Below, one piece after another: positions 46,548 to 57,400 of a DNA stretch of 64,000 nucleotides. Each line of letters begins with the position of its first letter. Within the stretch, counting starts at the first letter, position 1. A program made the position numbers and the translations under genes. The stretch is taken from NCBI GenBank assembly GCA_017464805.1, contig JAFTYE010000008.1, positions 57,261 through 121,260 of the forward strand, in the 5' to 3' direction. Under the pieces are notes generated by a model. It made no database searches. It worked only from the letters and a program-made list of their open reading frames with translations, and was not told the DNA's origin. This DNA comes from Clostridia bacterium (GTDB taxonomy: Bacteria; Bacillota; Clostridia; Oscillospirales; CAG-272).

Positions 46548-47830
46548 TATGTCTTCCCCTCCCCGCGCGAAAGCGCATCGTAGTAGCCGCCCGTCTGCTT
46601 GATGGCGGCGGAGGTGGTGTAGAAATCCTCGCCCAGATCAAACACGCCGTCACGGTCGGTGATGTAGGTGGCGGGATAGGCAGGATGGTAACCCTTCATG
46701 GCTTCCCAGTTGACATAGTTCTGTCCGCCGTTGGACTCGACCACACCGACCTTCATGCCCGCAAGGCGGGTGAGACGGGAGGCGACGCACTGGTTCCAGC
46801 TGACCATCACAGGGTTGACCGTGAGGTCGGCGCAGAAGGTGACCATGCCGTGCGCGGCGGCAAAGGTGTGCATACGAGAGGACATGGTCAAACCCTTGGC
46901 GATGGGCTTCAAGGTAAGGGCCTTGTAGCCGAGCGCGAAGCGTTCCTCAAGAGCCTCCATGTCATGCACGCTCTCGTCTGCGGCAACGCAGACGGGAAGG
47001 TCGCCGACGAATACGTGATTCTCCTCCGCAAAGGGTTCCTCGAGCAGGATGATGCGATCCAGGAAGCCGTTTTCGCGGCAAAAGTCGAGAAGATCGAGCA
47101 GGCGCTCCTTGCTGTCGTAGCGACCGTTCGCATCAAGGTAGTACAGAATTTTGCCGTCCTCGGTGTGAGAGGTTTGGATATCCTTAAGAGCGGTGTGAAT
47201 TTCAAGCAAGCGGTTCTTATCCCACGCAAGCATCTTGGCGTAATCGCCATCCTTGTCGGGGTCAGAGCCGATCTTGATCTTAAACAGGGGGGTGTTGTTC
47301 TCCGCCATATTCACCACATCGGACACAAGCGCGCCGTAGGTGATGAGCGGGATGTTGGCCAGCTTGGTCTGACGCTCACCGTCAAAGGTGCAGATATCAT
47401 CAAAGCCTGTCTTTCCCTCTTCTTTGAGGTAAAGCTGCCAGGCGGCAAAGTCCACGGGGACAAGGGCGTTGAGGACAAAGGTCTTGCTGACCCCCTCCAG
47501 TTTCGTGACCCTTTTGGCATAGGCGTATGCTTCGGGGAAAATGGCGTCAAGAAGCTCACCGGGGTTGGCGAATTCACGGCCCACGATGAGATCGAGGGCG
47601 TATTTCGTCACCGAGAACATCATCTCGTTGCTGTCGGCTTCCCCGTAGGTCTTGAACACATTGGCATCCGACCACAGAACGCTCTGCACGCCAAGGCCGA
47701 CACCCACGTTATTTTTGGTTTCGATACGCGCGGCGATCTGCCACAGGCAGGTCAGAGCGTTCCCCTTGAAACCGAAGGCGGTCTTTAGAGGCTCCTTTTC
47801 CACGCCGCAGGATGTGCTGACAATGTACAT
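46547..47830 (-). CDS. Enolase-superfamily enzyme (mandelate racemase/epimerase-like)
   Basis: FKIKIG (KxK), YLDANG, LEEPF, AADES, LKPIAK metal-ligand pattern. Confidence 0.85.
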   Translation of the reverse strand: MYIVSTSCGVEKEPLKTAFGFKGNALTCLWQIAARIETKNNVGVGLGVQSVLWSDANVFKTYGEADSNEMMFSVTKYALDLIVGREFANPGELLDAIFPEAYAYAKRVTKLEGVSKTFVLNALVPVDFAAWQLYLKEEGKTGFDDICTFDGERQTKLANIPLITYGALVSDVVNMAENNTPLFKIKIGSDPDKDGDYAKMLAWDKNRLLEIHTALKDIQTSHTEDGKILYYLDANGRYDSKERLLDLLDFCRENGFLDRIILLEEPFAEENHVFVGDLPVCVAADESVHDMEALEERFALGYKALTLKPIAKGLTMSSRMHTFAAAHGMVTFCADLTVNPVMVSWNQCVASRLTRLAGMKVGVVESNGGQNYVNWEAMKGYHPAYPATYITDRDGVFDLGEDFYTTSAAIKQTGGYYDALSRGEGKT

Positions 47831-47856
47831 AGGTTATCCTTTCGTGGCAGGTATGA

Positions 47857-48807
47857 TCAATCCTGCAAATAGATGGGAGCGGACATCGGACCAACGCGAT
47901 AACCGGCCTCGAAGGCATCGCCGTCAAAGCGAACGTTCGCCAGGTTTTCATCGTTGATGAGCACCTCACCGCATCCCTCGTCCTTGGACTTCTTGCCGGC
48001 AAGCAGGATCTTGACAGCATCGGTGATCTCCTTCATGGAGGCGATGATGCTGTCCTTACCCTCCATGACATTGGCGATTTGGTCGAGCAGGGCGCCGTAT
48101 AGGTTATCGTTATTGATGGTGAAGGAGTAGTCCTTCGTGGTGGTCATGATGGCGGCGTGGAAGAGCATAAAACGGGGCTTTACGCAGTGATAGGAGGCGG
48201 TGGCGCCATTTGCAAAGCGGACAAAATAGTTTTCGTAGCTCTGGCCATCAATCTCGGTCGCACCGACGAAGGTGGTGCTGACAGGCTCGGACTGTGCAAT
48301 ACCGCAAATGCCCTCCACGGCGTGAATGGCGTAGTTGAACTCGTCAACACCGACGGTGATGGACACATGCAGGAGCTTGCCCTTCTCCTCCGCGGGCATG
48401 TTCACAAACTCGACAACCTCGGGGCAGTAGCGGACGGAAGAGGAACCGAGGATCTTCGCACCTTTTGCTTGCAGCTCCATCAGCTTCTTGCAGTCGGCAA
48501 GGCAACCGACGATGGGCTTGTCGATAAACACGGGCTTGCCCGCATTGATGAAGGCCATAGCATAGTCCAGGTGCTTATCCCAGTTGCAGCCCTGCACAAA
48601 GCCGATATCCGCGTACTCGACCAACTCGTCGAGGGTAGAGCAGATCTTGTCCAGCTTTGCATTCTTTGCAAACGCCTCTACTTCTTCTTTACCGCGGAAG
48701 CCCTCGTTATACACAGCGGCATAGCGCATACGGTTCCCTTTTGCGAGAACACGAGAAAACATTTTCGGATGCGAAACATCGATATTCACCAAACCAATTT
48801 TAACCAT
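47857..48807 (-). CDS. Gfo/Idh/MocA-like oxidoreductase
   Basis: IGLVNIDVSHP, GKPVFIDKP, SSSVRY, YAIHAVE. Confidence 0.85.
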   Translation of the reverse strand: MVKIGLVNIDVSHPKMFSRVLAKGNRMRYAAVYNEGFRGKEEVEAFAKNAKLDKICSTLDELVEYADIGFVQGCNWDKHLDYAMAFINAGKPVFIDKPIVGCLADCKKLMELQAKGAKILGSSSVRYCPEVVEFVNMPAEEKGKLLHVSITVGVDEFNYAIHAVEGICGIAQSEPVSTTFVGATEIDGQSYENYFVRFANGATASYHCVKPRFMLFHAAIMTTTKDYSFTINNDNLYGALLDQIANVMEGKDSIIASMKEITDAVKILLAGKKSKDEGCGEVLINDENLANVRFDGDAFEAGYRVGPMSAPIYLQD

Positions 48808-49126
48808 AACATTCACTCCCTGAATTTATATTGATGGAATTTGGCAACCGAGCCGAAAAAAGGCTGTTCCGATTGCAGTTCCATTGTAGCATAGTTTGGC
48901 AAAAAATGCTTTACACGAAATTGTTTTTTTCAGATTGCCAAAAACAGGCCGTGTTTTTCCTTGTTTGCATCTCCTTTCGAAAACGAAAGCGTAGCAAAAA
49001 AGCAGAATCCTTCAGTTTTTTCAAAAAACGGTTGGCTTTCGGACTTCCTCGTCTTTTTACACTTAATTGTGATTGGGCCCTTTTTCCTCACGTGTATTTT
49101 TTCGTGATTGTTCCTTTTTCGTCATC

Positions 49127-49165
49127 AAAAAAATCACCCCCGCAACGTGCGGGGGTGATTTTTTT
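49127..49165 (-). terminator. ABC operon terminator
   Basis: A7-TCACCCCCGCA..TGCGGGGGTGA-T7. Confidence 0.85.
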
Positions 49166-49166
49166 A

Positions 49167-49982
49167 TCAGGAAAGCAGGGCACGGTCGCTTGCGAATTCC
49201 TCGCCCGACACGCGGGAGAACATAGCAAGCAGAGTCTCGACGGTGAGGTTTTTCTTTTCCTCGCCTGCGATATCCAAAATGACCTTGCCATCCTTGAGCA
49301 TGATCAGGCGATTGCCGTGCTCGATGGCATCACGCATGTTGTGCGTGACCATCAGGGTGGTAAGCCCAGCCTCGGCGACGATCTCTTCGGTGATCTCCAG
49401 CACCTTGGCGGCGGTCTTGGGGTCAAGAGCCGCGGTATGCTCGTCGAGGAGTAGCATCTTGGGCTGCACAAGAGTCGCCATCAGCAGGGTCAGTGCCTGA
49501 CGCTGACCCCCCGAGAGCAGGCCGACCTTGGAGCTCATGCGCTCCTCAAGGCCCAGCCCCAGGCGGGCAAGTTCCTTGGCGTAGAGCTCTCGTTCCTTGG
49601 CGGAAATTTCCCAGCGCAGGCCGTGCCGCTTATCGCGGCGGTAGGCAAGCGAGAGATTTTCGGCGATCTCCATATTCGGGGCGGTACCCATCATCGGATC
49701 CTGAAACACGCGGCCGAAGTAACGCGCGCGGCGATGCTCGGGCAGGAACGTGATGTCCTTGCCGTCCAGAATGATCTCGCCCTCGTCTAGTGGGAAAACG
49801 CCGGTCAAGGCATTCATGAGCGTGCTTTTACCCGCGCCGTTACCACCGATGACGGTGATAAAATCACCGCGGTTGATGGTCAAGGATAGGTTGTCCAGCG
49901 CGCGCTTTTCATTGATCGTACCACCGTGAAAGATCTTGGTGATACCGCGGATCTCCAGCATGGGGGTGTTCTTTTCTTCCAT
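49167..49982 (-). CDS. ABC transporter ATP-binding protein (aromatic amino acid importer type)
   Basis: GGNGAGKST, VFQDPMMGT, LSGGQRQ, LLLDEHTAALDP. Confidence 0.93.
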   Translation of the reverse strand: MEEKNTPMLEIRGITKIFHGGTINEKRALDNLSLTINRGDFITVIGGNGAGKSTLMNALTGVFPLDEGEIILDGKDITFLPEHRRARYFGRVFQDPMMGTAPNMEIAENLSLAYRRDKRHGLRWEISAKERELYAKELARLGLGLEERMSSKVGLLSGGQRQALTLLMATLVQPKMLLLDEHTAALDPKTAAKVLEITEEIVAEAGLTTLMVTHNMRDAIEHGNRLIMLKDGKVILDIAGEEKKNLTVETLLAMFSRVSGEEFASDRALLS

Positions 49983-49983
49983 A

Positions 49984-50904
49984 TCACGCACCCCCCTTCT
50001 TGTGGCTACCACGGTGCTTGATGGCTTTTTTTGCGCTGTCCAAAATGGCGGAAAGGCCGAGTGCCACCGTGATCACAAGCGCGGTGAGCAGCTTGAGATT
50101 GTCGGGAGACATGATGTTGGCATCGATGATGACCGTCACGATCACGCGGTAGATCACCGCGCCGATCGCCACACCGAACAGACGCAGCACGAATCCGCGG
50201 GCACGCTTGAAGATGGTTTCGCCGATAATGATGGAGGCAAGCGCGATGACGATCGCGCCGACACCCATGGTAGAGTTTGCGGAGGATTGATACTGACAGA
50301 GCATGCTGCCGCCCACGGCCACCAGGCCATTGGAGAGCGCAAGCCCAAGGATCTTGGCATTGTCGGTATTGACCCCCTGTGCACGGCACATTTTTTCATT
50401 ATCACCCGTCGCACGGACGGTACAGCCGAGCTCGGTCCCGAGGAACCAGTACAGAGCGTATACCACCAAAATGACCAGCAGAACGCCGATTATCAGGGCG
50501 GAATAGCGGCGGCCGATCTCGAGCAGGCCGTTGACCTGATCGTACAGCGTGTTATGTTTGCCGATATTAATGTTCGGGCTCTGCATGATCATCAGATTCA
50601 CGGAAAAGAGGGCAGTCATGGTCAGAATGCCCGCAAGGATCGGCGGGATCTTCAGCTTGGTGTGCAAAAGACCCGTCACGATACCGACAATACAACCCGC
50701 GAAGAAAGCACAGATCACCGAGAGAGCAGGGGGAACACCTCCCGCGATGAGCACGCCGGAAACCGCCGCGCCGCAGGTGAAGCAGCCCTCACAGGACAGA
50801 TCGGCAAAATCCAGAAGGCGGAAGGAAATGAATACCCCCAACGCCACAAAGGCCCAGATCAATCCCTGGCAAGCACCCGTAAGAAGCGTATCGAAAGACA
50901 ACAT
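49984..50904 (-). CDS. ABC transporter permease
   Basis: FRLLDFADLS.EG.F, ILAGIL, RATGDN, GLALSNG, LASIIIGE. Confidence 0.92.
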   Translation of the reverse strand: MLSFDTLLTGACQGLIWAFVALGVFISFRLLDFADLSCEGCFTCGAAVSGVLIAGGVPPALSVICAFFAGCIVGIVTGLLHTKLKIPPILAGILTMTALFSVNLMIMQSPNINIGKHNTLYDQVNGLLEIGRRYSALIIGVLLVILVVYALYWFLGTELGCTVRATGDNEKMCRAQGVNTDNAKILGLALSNGLVAVGGSMLCQYQSSANSTMGVGAIVIALASIIIGETIFKRARGFVLRLFGVAIGAVIYRVIVTVIIDANIMSPDNLKLLTALVITVALGLSAILDSAKKAIKHRGSHKKGGA

Positions 50905-50925
50905 AGTGGATGGTAACCTTTCTGA

Positions 50926-51960
50926 TTAGCCCTTGTTGACCGTGTGGATGTTGGCGGCACCGTTTGCCAGAGCATTGTCGGTGGGAACATAAACGAGGTC
51001 AACGCCTGCATTCTTCAAGGCAACGAAGGCGGATTCGAGGTCGTTGATATCGCTGATGCCGCGAACCTCGTAGGTGTAGCCGAGATCCTCGCAGGCGGCC
51101 TTACCGAGGTCTACCTGGAAGATAGAGTTGGTCTCGCCGGAGGAATAGAGGAAGCCGATCTTCACATCGTCCTTGCCGAGCAGCTCACCTGCCAGCTCGA
51201 TCTGCTTGGCAACGGGGTTGATGTCCGACACGCCGGAGACATTGGCACCGGGGGCATCCATGCTGGCAACCAGGCCCTCACCGACAGGGTTGGTAACGGC
51301 GCAGAAGAGGACGGGGATCTTGTTCTCGCGGGTTGCGTTGGCGGCAGCCACGGAGGAGGAGGTAGCGATGGTGTAAATAAGGTCAACGTTCTGGTTGACG
51401 AAGGTCTCGGCGATGGTGATGTTGTTGGAATCCTCACCGCTTGCGTTGCGGTCAAGAACCTGAACAGTCTTGCCTGCCGCCTTCATACGGACGGAAAGCT
51501 GATCCTGGAAGCCTTTGTTGGACTGGTCGAGAGCCACGTGCTGTACCAGCTGCAGGATGCCGACAGTGAAGTCTGCACCGCTCTCCACGATGGCGTCGGT
51601 ACGGGTCACCTGGGGGGCGGCACCACCCTCTGCACGGTCAAGGATGGCTTGCGGGATAGTAAAGCCGATCTCCTCGGCCAGCTCGGGGTTTACGTACAGG
51701 GAGGGATTGGGGTCGGTCTGTACGGGCATGGTGGAAACGTTTGCGCCGTCCAGCAGGATATCGGCGGCCATATCGCCTGCCTTGACACCCAGGCTGTAGT
51801 AGTCAACGCCGTAGGTAGCGACGCCGCACTGCTCGGTCATGCCGGTCTCGCCGCACACAACGGGAACAGGGCCGGTGCTGCCGCCGCAGGCAGTCATGGT
51901 GACGGGGACAGCGAGGCACACCAGTGCCAATACGATGGAGAGAATTTTCTTTGCGTTCAT
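50926..51960 (-). CDS. ABC substrate-binding lipoprotein (ABC_sub_bind type), circularly permuted
   Basis: Lipobox MTAC; family motifs GILQ..QH.ALD, AVTNPV..GLV, PG.NVSG.SD, PTDN and YGVDYY.LG are all present but in rotated order. Confidence 0.88.
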   Translation of the reverse strand: MNAKKILSIVLALVCLAVPVTMTACGGSTGPVPVVCGETGMTEQCGVATYGVDYYSLGVKAGDMAADILLDGANVSTMPVQTDPNPSLYVNPELAEEIGFTIPQAILDRAEGGAAPQVTRTDAIVESGADFTVGILQLVQHVALDQSNKGFQDQLSVRMKAAGKTVQVLDRNASGEDSNNITIAETFVNQNVDLIYTIATSSSVAAANATRENKIPVLFCAVTNPVGEGLVASMDAPGANVSGVSDINPVAKQIELAGELLGKDDVKIGFLYSSGETNSIFQVDLGKAACEDLGYTYEVRGISDINDLESAFVALKNAGVDLVYVPTDNALANGAANIHTVNKG

Positions 51961-52002
51961 GATGTTGCTCCTTTATGTAAAAATTTATTGGGGAAACGAA
52001 AC

Positions 52003-52258
52003 AAAAAAATGCCCCCATACCCAACAGGTACAGAGACGAGCAAGCCGTGATACCACTCTGCTTCACCGTTTTTTTGCAAAAACGGCCTCACGAACGCCAA
52101 TCAGCGTCCCCGCGATATAACGGTCGCACCCGGCAAGACCTACTTTGGTTCAGCCCGCAGCTCCCAAAACGAATTTCACCCGACGCCACCTCTGCCTTGC
52201 ACCGACCGGCATTTCTCTGCACGCGCTTTTCGGGGTACTCCCTTTCTGATCATCGCCT
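52003..52258 (-). ncRNA. T-box riboswitch, specifier UUC (Phe)
   Basis: Minus strand: GCGATGA, AGTA, CAGAGA, GGTCGGTGCAA, specifier GAAA-TTC-G (52171-52173), T-box AGAGTGGTATCACG (52046-52059), terminator ending in T7. Confidence 0.85.
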
Positions 52259-52266
52259 ATGCTAAA

Positions 52267-52295
52267 ATAATAGCACCGTTTCGCCGTTTTGTCAA
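52267..52295 (-). promoter_or_regulatory. Sigma-A promoter of the T-box leader
   Basis: TTGACA-17-TATTAT with TGn. Confidence 0.7.
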
Positions 52296-52389
52296 GTGTT
52301 TTGTCAAGTATTCATCAAGTATTTTTTTTGGCAACGGAGAAAGAACAAGGGTATTTGCGATCCAAACACCACAAATATTATTAAATATA

Positions 52390-52418
52390 TTGACAAGATA
52401 CCATTTTTTTGGTAAAAT
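52390..52418 (+). promoter_or_regulatory. Sigma-A promoter
   Basis: TTGACA-17-TAAAAT. Confidence 0.75.
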
Positions 52419-52471
52419 AAAAGGGCATTATCATATTTTAGTGAACACCCCATTAAAAAGGAGGCGCGGCG

Positions 52472-53500
52472 ATGAACACAGAAAACGGCACGATCGCCCT
52501 TCCCCCCTCGGCAGATGGTAATTCTCTTCGCCGCGCGGCTTGGTGGTCCTACTTCCGCGTGGGTCTGGGACTATTTCTCTTCTCCCTGATCCCGCAGGTA
52601 CTGGCCATCGCGCTTTCCTTCGTTTTACCACTCGTGGCACCCGAGGTCATTGCTTTTCCGCTTTTTACGTGGATCTTACAGGTAGTGCTGATGTACGGTA
52701 TCGCCTTTCCGGTGGCGTATGTTGTGATTGGCCGTCCCTCTCTTCCCTTTCCGAATGAGGGGAGCCATCCGCCCTTTTTGCTTTTCTTTACCGTGTTCTG
52801 CCTGCTCTCCACGACGGCGCGCCTCGGATCGCTGATCGGCGAGACGCTGATGATGGCTGTGGAGGCGATTAGTGGCATCCCGCAGAGCAATCCCGTGACC
52901 GACATGCTGAGCGACACGCCGTTGTGGGTCATTTTCGTTGTCGTGGTGGTACTCGGGCCTGTGGTGGAGGAGCTTCTTTTCCGCCATGCGGTGATGCGGC
53001 GGTTACTTCCCTTCGGAGAGAAGAACGCCATTTTCTTCTCCGCTGTTGCCTTCGGTCTGATGCACGGCAATTTCTATCAGCTCTTTTACACGGTCGGCAT
53101 GGGTGTGCTGATCGGTTACTTATACGCGCGCACGCGCATGGTGATTTATCCCATCCTGTTGCACATGCTATACAATTTCATGGGATCGATTCTGCCGCTT
53201 ACCTTCACCTCCTCTCTCGAGGATCTGCTCACGCAGATAGAGAGCGGAACGCTGACCCCCATGCTCCTGTTGCAAAATGCCCTGCCCTTGTGCGGCATGC
53301 TGCTGTATGTGGTGCTGGTGCTTGGGCTTTCGGTGACGGGTGTGATTCTTTTGCCAGTTTATTACAAGCGCATTCATTTCGCGCCCTGCCCTCACCCCCT
53401 TCGCACGTCCGAGCACGTGCGCGCCTGCTTTGCGAACGTGGGCGTTATTCTGTTCATTTTGATGGCCTGCTTTGAGCTGGTATTATCTCTTATCCCTTAA
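52472..53500 (+). CDS. CPBP family intramembrane metalloprotease
   Basis: [19 protein letters not shown] motifs; multi-TM. Confidence 0.92.
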   Translation: MNTENGTIALPPSADGNSLRRAAWWSYFRVGLGLFLFSLIPQVLAIALSFVLPLVAPEVIAFPLFTWILQVVLMYGIAFPVAYVVIGRPSLPFPNEGSHPPFLLFFTVFCLLSTTARLGSLIGETLMMAVEAISGIPQSNPVTDMLSDTPLWVIFVVVVVLGPVVEELLFRHAVMRRLLPFGEKNAIFFSAVAFGLMHGNFYQLFYTVGMGVLIGYLYARTRMVIYPILLHMLYNFMGSILPLTFTSSLEDLLTQIESGTLTPMLLLQNALPLCGMLLYVVLVLGLSVTGVILLPVYYKRIHFAPCPHPLRTSEHVRACFANVGVILFILMACFELVLSLIP

Positions 53501-53522
53501 TCCAAACGAAAGGAATCCCGCT

Positions 53523-54344
53523 ATGGAATACCCATCCACCAAGGAGGCTCTTTTGCGTGCGGCAAACGTGCTGGCACAGAAAAATGCAACCTCCGCAAGC
53601 CCGATACGCCCCGCCTTCGGCGCTCGTATCCTACGCTTCTTGAATCTGACACGCGCAGCCATGTACCCAACGGTCTTTGCAGGGGATGCCGGCGTGTGCG
53701 AGGCACAGGCCCTGGCCGCGGCAGCGGAGGAGCTTGCCTCCCTGCTTTCGGAAACGGTCGAGGACCACTCCCGGCACGAGGGCATCATGACGTGCTTTTT
53801 CGAGCGTCTGCCCATTGTGCGCGAGATACTGGACACCGATGTGCAGGCCGCCTACGAGGGCGACCCCGCCGCACGCTGCGCGGAGGAGATCATGCTGGCC
53901 TATCCCGCCTTTGAGGCAATCAGCATATACCGCCTGGCCCACGAGCTGTACGTGTTGGGCGTTCCGCTTATTCCCCGCATGATGACCGAGCACGCACACA
54001 AAAGCACGGGTGTGGATATCCACCCCGGGGCAACGATCGGACGCTATTTCTTCATTGACCACGCCACGGGGGTTGTTGTGGGGGAAACCTGCACCATCGG
54101 CGATCACGTGAAGCTTTACCAAGGCGTGACTCTGGGTGCCAAGAGCTTTGAACTGGACGAAAACGGCAATCCCGTCAAGGGCATCAAACGGCATCCCGAC
54201 ATCGGCAATCACGTTGTCATATACGCAAACGCCACCATCCTTGGAGGAAGCACCGTCATTGGCGATCATTCCACCATTGGCGGCAACGTCTGGCTTACCC
54301 ATTCGGTCGAGCCGGGCAGCACCGTGTACTACCGCGGACAATAA
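53523..54344 (+). CDS. cysE: Serine O-acetyltransferase (EpsC/CysE type)
   Basis: [41 protein letters not shown]. Confidence 0.9.
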   Translation: MEYPSTKEALLRAANVLAQKNATSASPIRPAFGARILRFLNLTRAAMYPTVFAGDAGVCEAQALAAAAEELASLLSETVEDHSRHEGIMTCFFERLPIVREILDTDVQAAYEGDPAARCAEEIMLAYPAFEAISIYRLAHELYVLGVPLIPRMMTEHAHKSTGVDIHPGATIGRYFFIDHATGVVVGETCTIGDHVKLYQGVTLGAKSFELDENGNPVKGIKRHPDIGNHVVIYANATILGGSTVIGDHSTIGGNVWLTHSVEPGSTVYYRGQ

Positions 54345-54438
54345 ACCCGATCCCGGCCGTACAAAAGCACAGGGCATTGCTTTTGACGGCTTTGCGTTTT
54401 CAAAACGAAGATCCCAAGAAACAAAAAAGGAGCGCCCC

Positions 54439-57400
54439 ATGAAAAAGAGAATCTTATCCTTCATTCTTGCACTCTCTACGATCCTTCTGGCGATCCCTGC
54501 CACGGTATTCCCCGTTATGGCGGCAGAATCGGCGGAATCTGACCCAATCGTTCTCTCCTCCACAATCTTTGCCCCCAATCAGGAGGGCACCTGGCCGATC
54601 TTTGACGAATACGACACGACGGCCATGAACACAAACGACTACGTAGGCGTGACCTACCGGGGCGGCTGGCAGATCGGCTACAAGCACGCGAGTGGAAACT
54701 CCTCGAACTTCACCCCATACGAAAAGCTGATCAAGGCGACAGGCAAGCTCGGTGAGGACGGAGAGATGATCCTGACCGCAGACACCGGCTACTGGACGCA
54801 GTGGGGCGGCCTGTACATAAAAAGTACCGCCAGTGCCAACCTGATGTTCTCCGGCGTGGATCTGGATGAGGCGACCGGCTACCTCGAGGCAAACGTGGCT
54901 GCCAACGCGACCGTCCGCTACACCGCAAAGGAAACGGGTACGATCCGCGTGAAGGTAAACGAGCTGTACTTCTACTCGGACAGCGCGACCTACTTTGCCG
55001 TGTACCACAACGGCGTGCGCGTACATGACCCGATCATGGCGGTCAATGCCAAAAGCCAGATCGTGAACGGCGCGTTCGTATCGAAGACCGCCTCCAACAA
55101 CGCGTCCCTGTTCACGACCGTGACGCTGGATGTGCAGAAGGGCGACTCGATTGACTTTGTGTCCCACGCGAATCCCGATTTCAACGCCTCCAATCTGGAG
55201 GAGCTCGGGCTGACCCAGTTTACAAAAACGGAGTACGTGAGATCCAAGCGCGGTCTTTCGGATTACGAGTTCCAGATCGATTACATTGCGGAAAAGACCT
55301 CCTACTCCACCCGTTTCTCTCCCGACGAAGAGAGCACCTTCCCCGTATTCGAGGGATACAGTGTCGCCGCGATGGAGAATGGTGATTCCGTAGGCGTCAC
55401 CTATCCCGGCGCATGGCAGATCGGCTACCGCGATCCGAACGGCGAGACGGCGAACTTCACCGCCTACGACAAGCTCTACAAGGTGAACTCCTCGGGACAG
55501 ATGATTCTGTCCGCGGGCTCGTCCTACTGGTCTGACTACGGCGGCGTATACATCACGGGCGTGCCTACCCTAATGTTCTCGGGCATGAGCTACACAGACG
55601 ACTATACCTCCGTCACCTCGCACAATGCCGACCCCGTGATCCGCTACACGGCGGAATATACGGGTATGGCTCTTATTCGTCTTAACGAGCTGTATTTTTA
55701 TGCAAACAACGCGGCCTACTTGGAAATTCTGCACAACGGCGTACCGCTGACCGATCCATATCTGTCAACGGATGCGCAGTACCGCGTACAAGACGGTGCC
55801 TACACCTCCGCGGGTGCGGCCAACAAGGGTGCGGATCTCGGCACGCTGGTACTTGAACTCACCGAGGGTGACACCATTGATTTCGTATCCCGTGCAAACG
55901 ACGATTTCAATGCCTCGAACATCGAATCCCTCGGCTTGACCAAATTCGACGGAACCGAATACGATTACGCCAAGCGCGGCATGCTCGACTTTGATTTCGA
56001 GATCGTTTATCGTTCCGAAAAGGATGGCGGCAAGGCGGAGAATTTTGCCGGCACGACAGACACCACGCTGCCCGAACCGCTGTTTGTATGGTACGATGCA
56101 AGCGGTACCATGCTGGAGGACAGCGACATCCGTGAGGCAGCGGGAAATTTTCCCGACACCTCGGGAAGCACGGACATTGTTTTCTCCTCCCTCGTCTCTC
56201 TGTTTGACTGGCTTTATCGGACGGGCGGCAGCTATGCCGAGATCAATCCCACACTGATCGCAAACGGTACAATCTCCGAGACCGATAACTACGCAAACAT
56301 TCTTGCAAAATACAAGACGTATCTCGCCTCCTTCACCTCACTCTCCTTCCCGAGTGGTTGGAAAGCAGGCGTAAGAGCCGGAAGCAGCTTCACGGCATTT
56401 GACCGTCTGTGCTTCTTCTCGGACAGTAACCTCTTTGCCGTCGGGCAAGCGGGCGGCATCGCCTCTGCCTTGGTCGATTACAGCTATAACGGCAATCTCT
56501 TTGTGACGAGTGCACAGTTTACCGCTGCCCTCGATGCTTTCATTGCCAACGCCGCATCCATCACCCCGAGCGGCACGGCCGCCTCGGATCTGCGTCTCGA
56601 ATATGACGGGATTCCCGAGGGGATGACGCTTCCGACGCAGGGCACCGACCCGCTGGCAGCGGTCGGCGCGGCCATGAAGCACCAAGGCGGCAACCTCTTC
56701 CTATGTCCGAGCGCAAACGGCGGCATCGCCTCCTACGCTTATACGGTTCCGAGCGGCTATGATCGTCCGATCCTGTCGCTTACGGCCAATGCCGTCCGCT
56801 TTGACGGGGATGCAAGTGCCTTCCACTACGCCATCGCCGTGAACGGCGAGGTCGTGTGGCCCGTCGGTGCGACGATGTCCTCCGCGATGGCCGATCACGA
56901 TTCCATGACCGGTTGGCAGCTTTGCACCTCTGCAGAAGATCTCACAAGCACCCTCGCCTCTCTGCATTTCGAGGTAGAGAGCGGTGACGTTGTGGAGCTC
57001 TGCGTGGCGCGCGCCTATGAGGGCGGCGCGGAGATCGGAGACGTATGCGTAGGTATGGATCTGACCGCCACCACCGACAACTATCACGATGTAAATGTGC
57101 TGGATATCATCCGTTCGGGTAAGTACCTACACCGTGGTGTGTACGAATTCGGCAGCACCGTGACGCTTGCCGACCTCAATCTTCCCGACACCTTCGGTGC
57201 GAACGGTGTGTACATCAACAACACCTCCTTATCCGAGGAGCTACCCACCTCGCTCACCATGTATCGCAACTACCGCATCACCGACATGGTGCTGCAAAGC
57301 TCCGCTTCGGTTTCAATCACCTCTGCCTTTGCCGTAAATATTTACGTGCAGGCGCAGAGCAGTGCAACTGCCGCCGGTGTGGTGATCGATGGGGAGAAGG

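Noticed and set aside
48831-49454. 207-aa plus-strand ORF across the intergenic region
   Set aside because: It crosses a promoter region and terminator, runs antisense into the ABC ATPase, and has a low-complexity Phe/Lys composition.
52472-53500. CPBP ('Abi') protease as a phage-defence gene
   Set aside because: The Abi label for this family is historical; the gene has host-like composition and a housekeeping context.
54136-54438. 101-aa N-terminal extension of the giant ORF overlapping cysE
   Set aside because: The RBS and signal peptide place the real start at ATG 54439.
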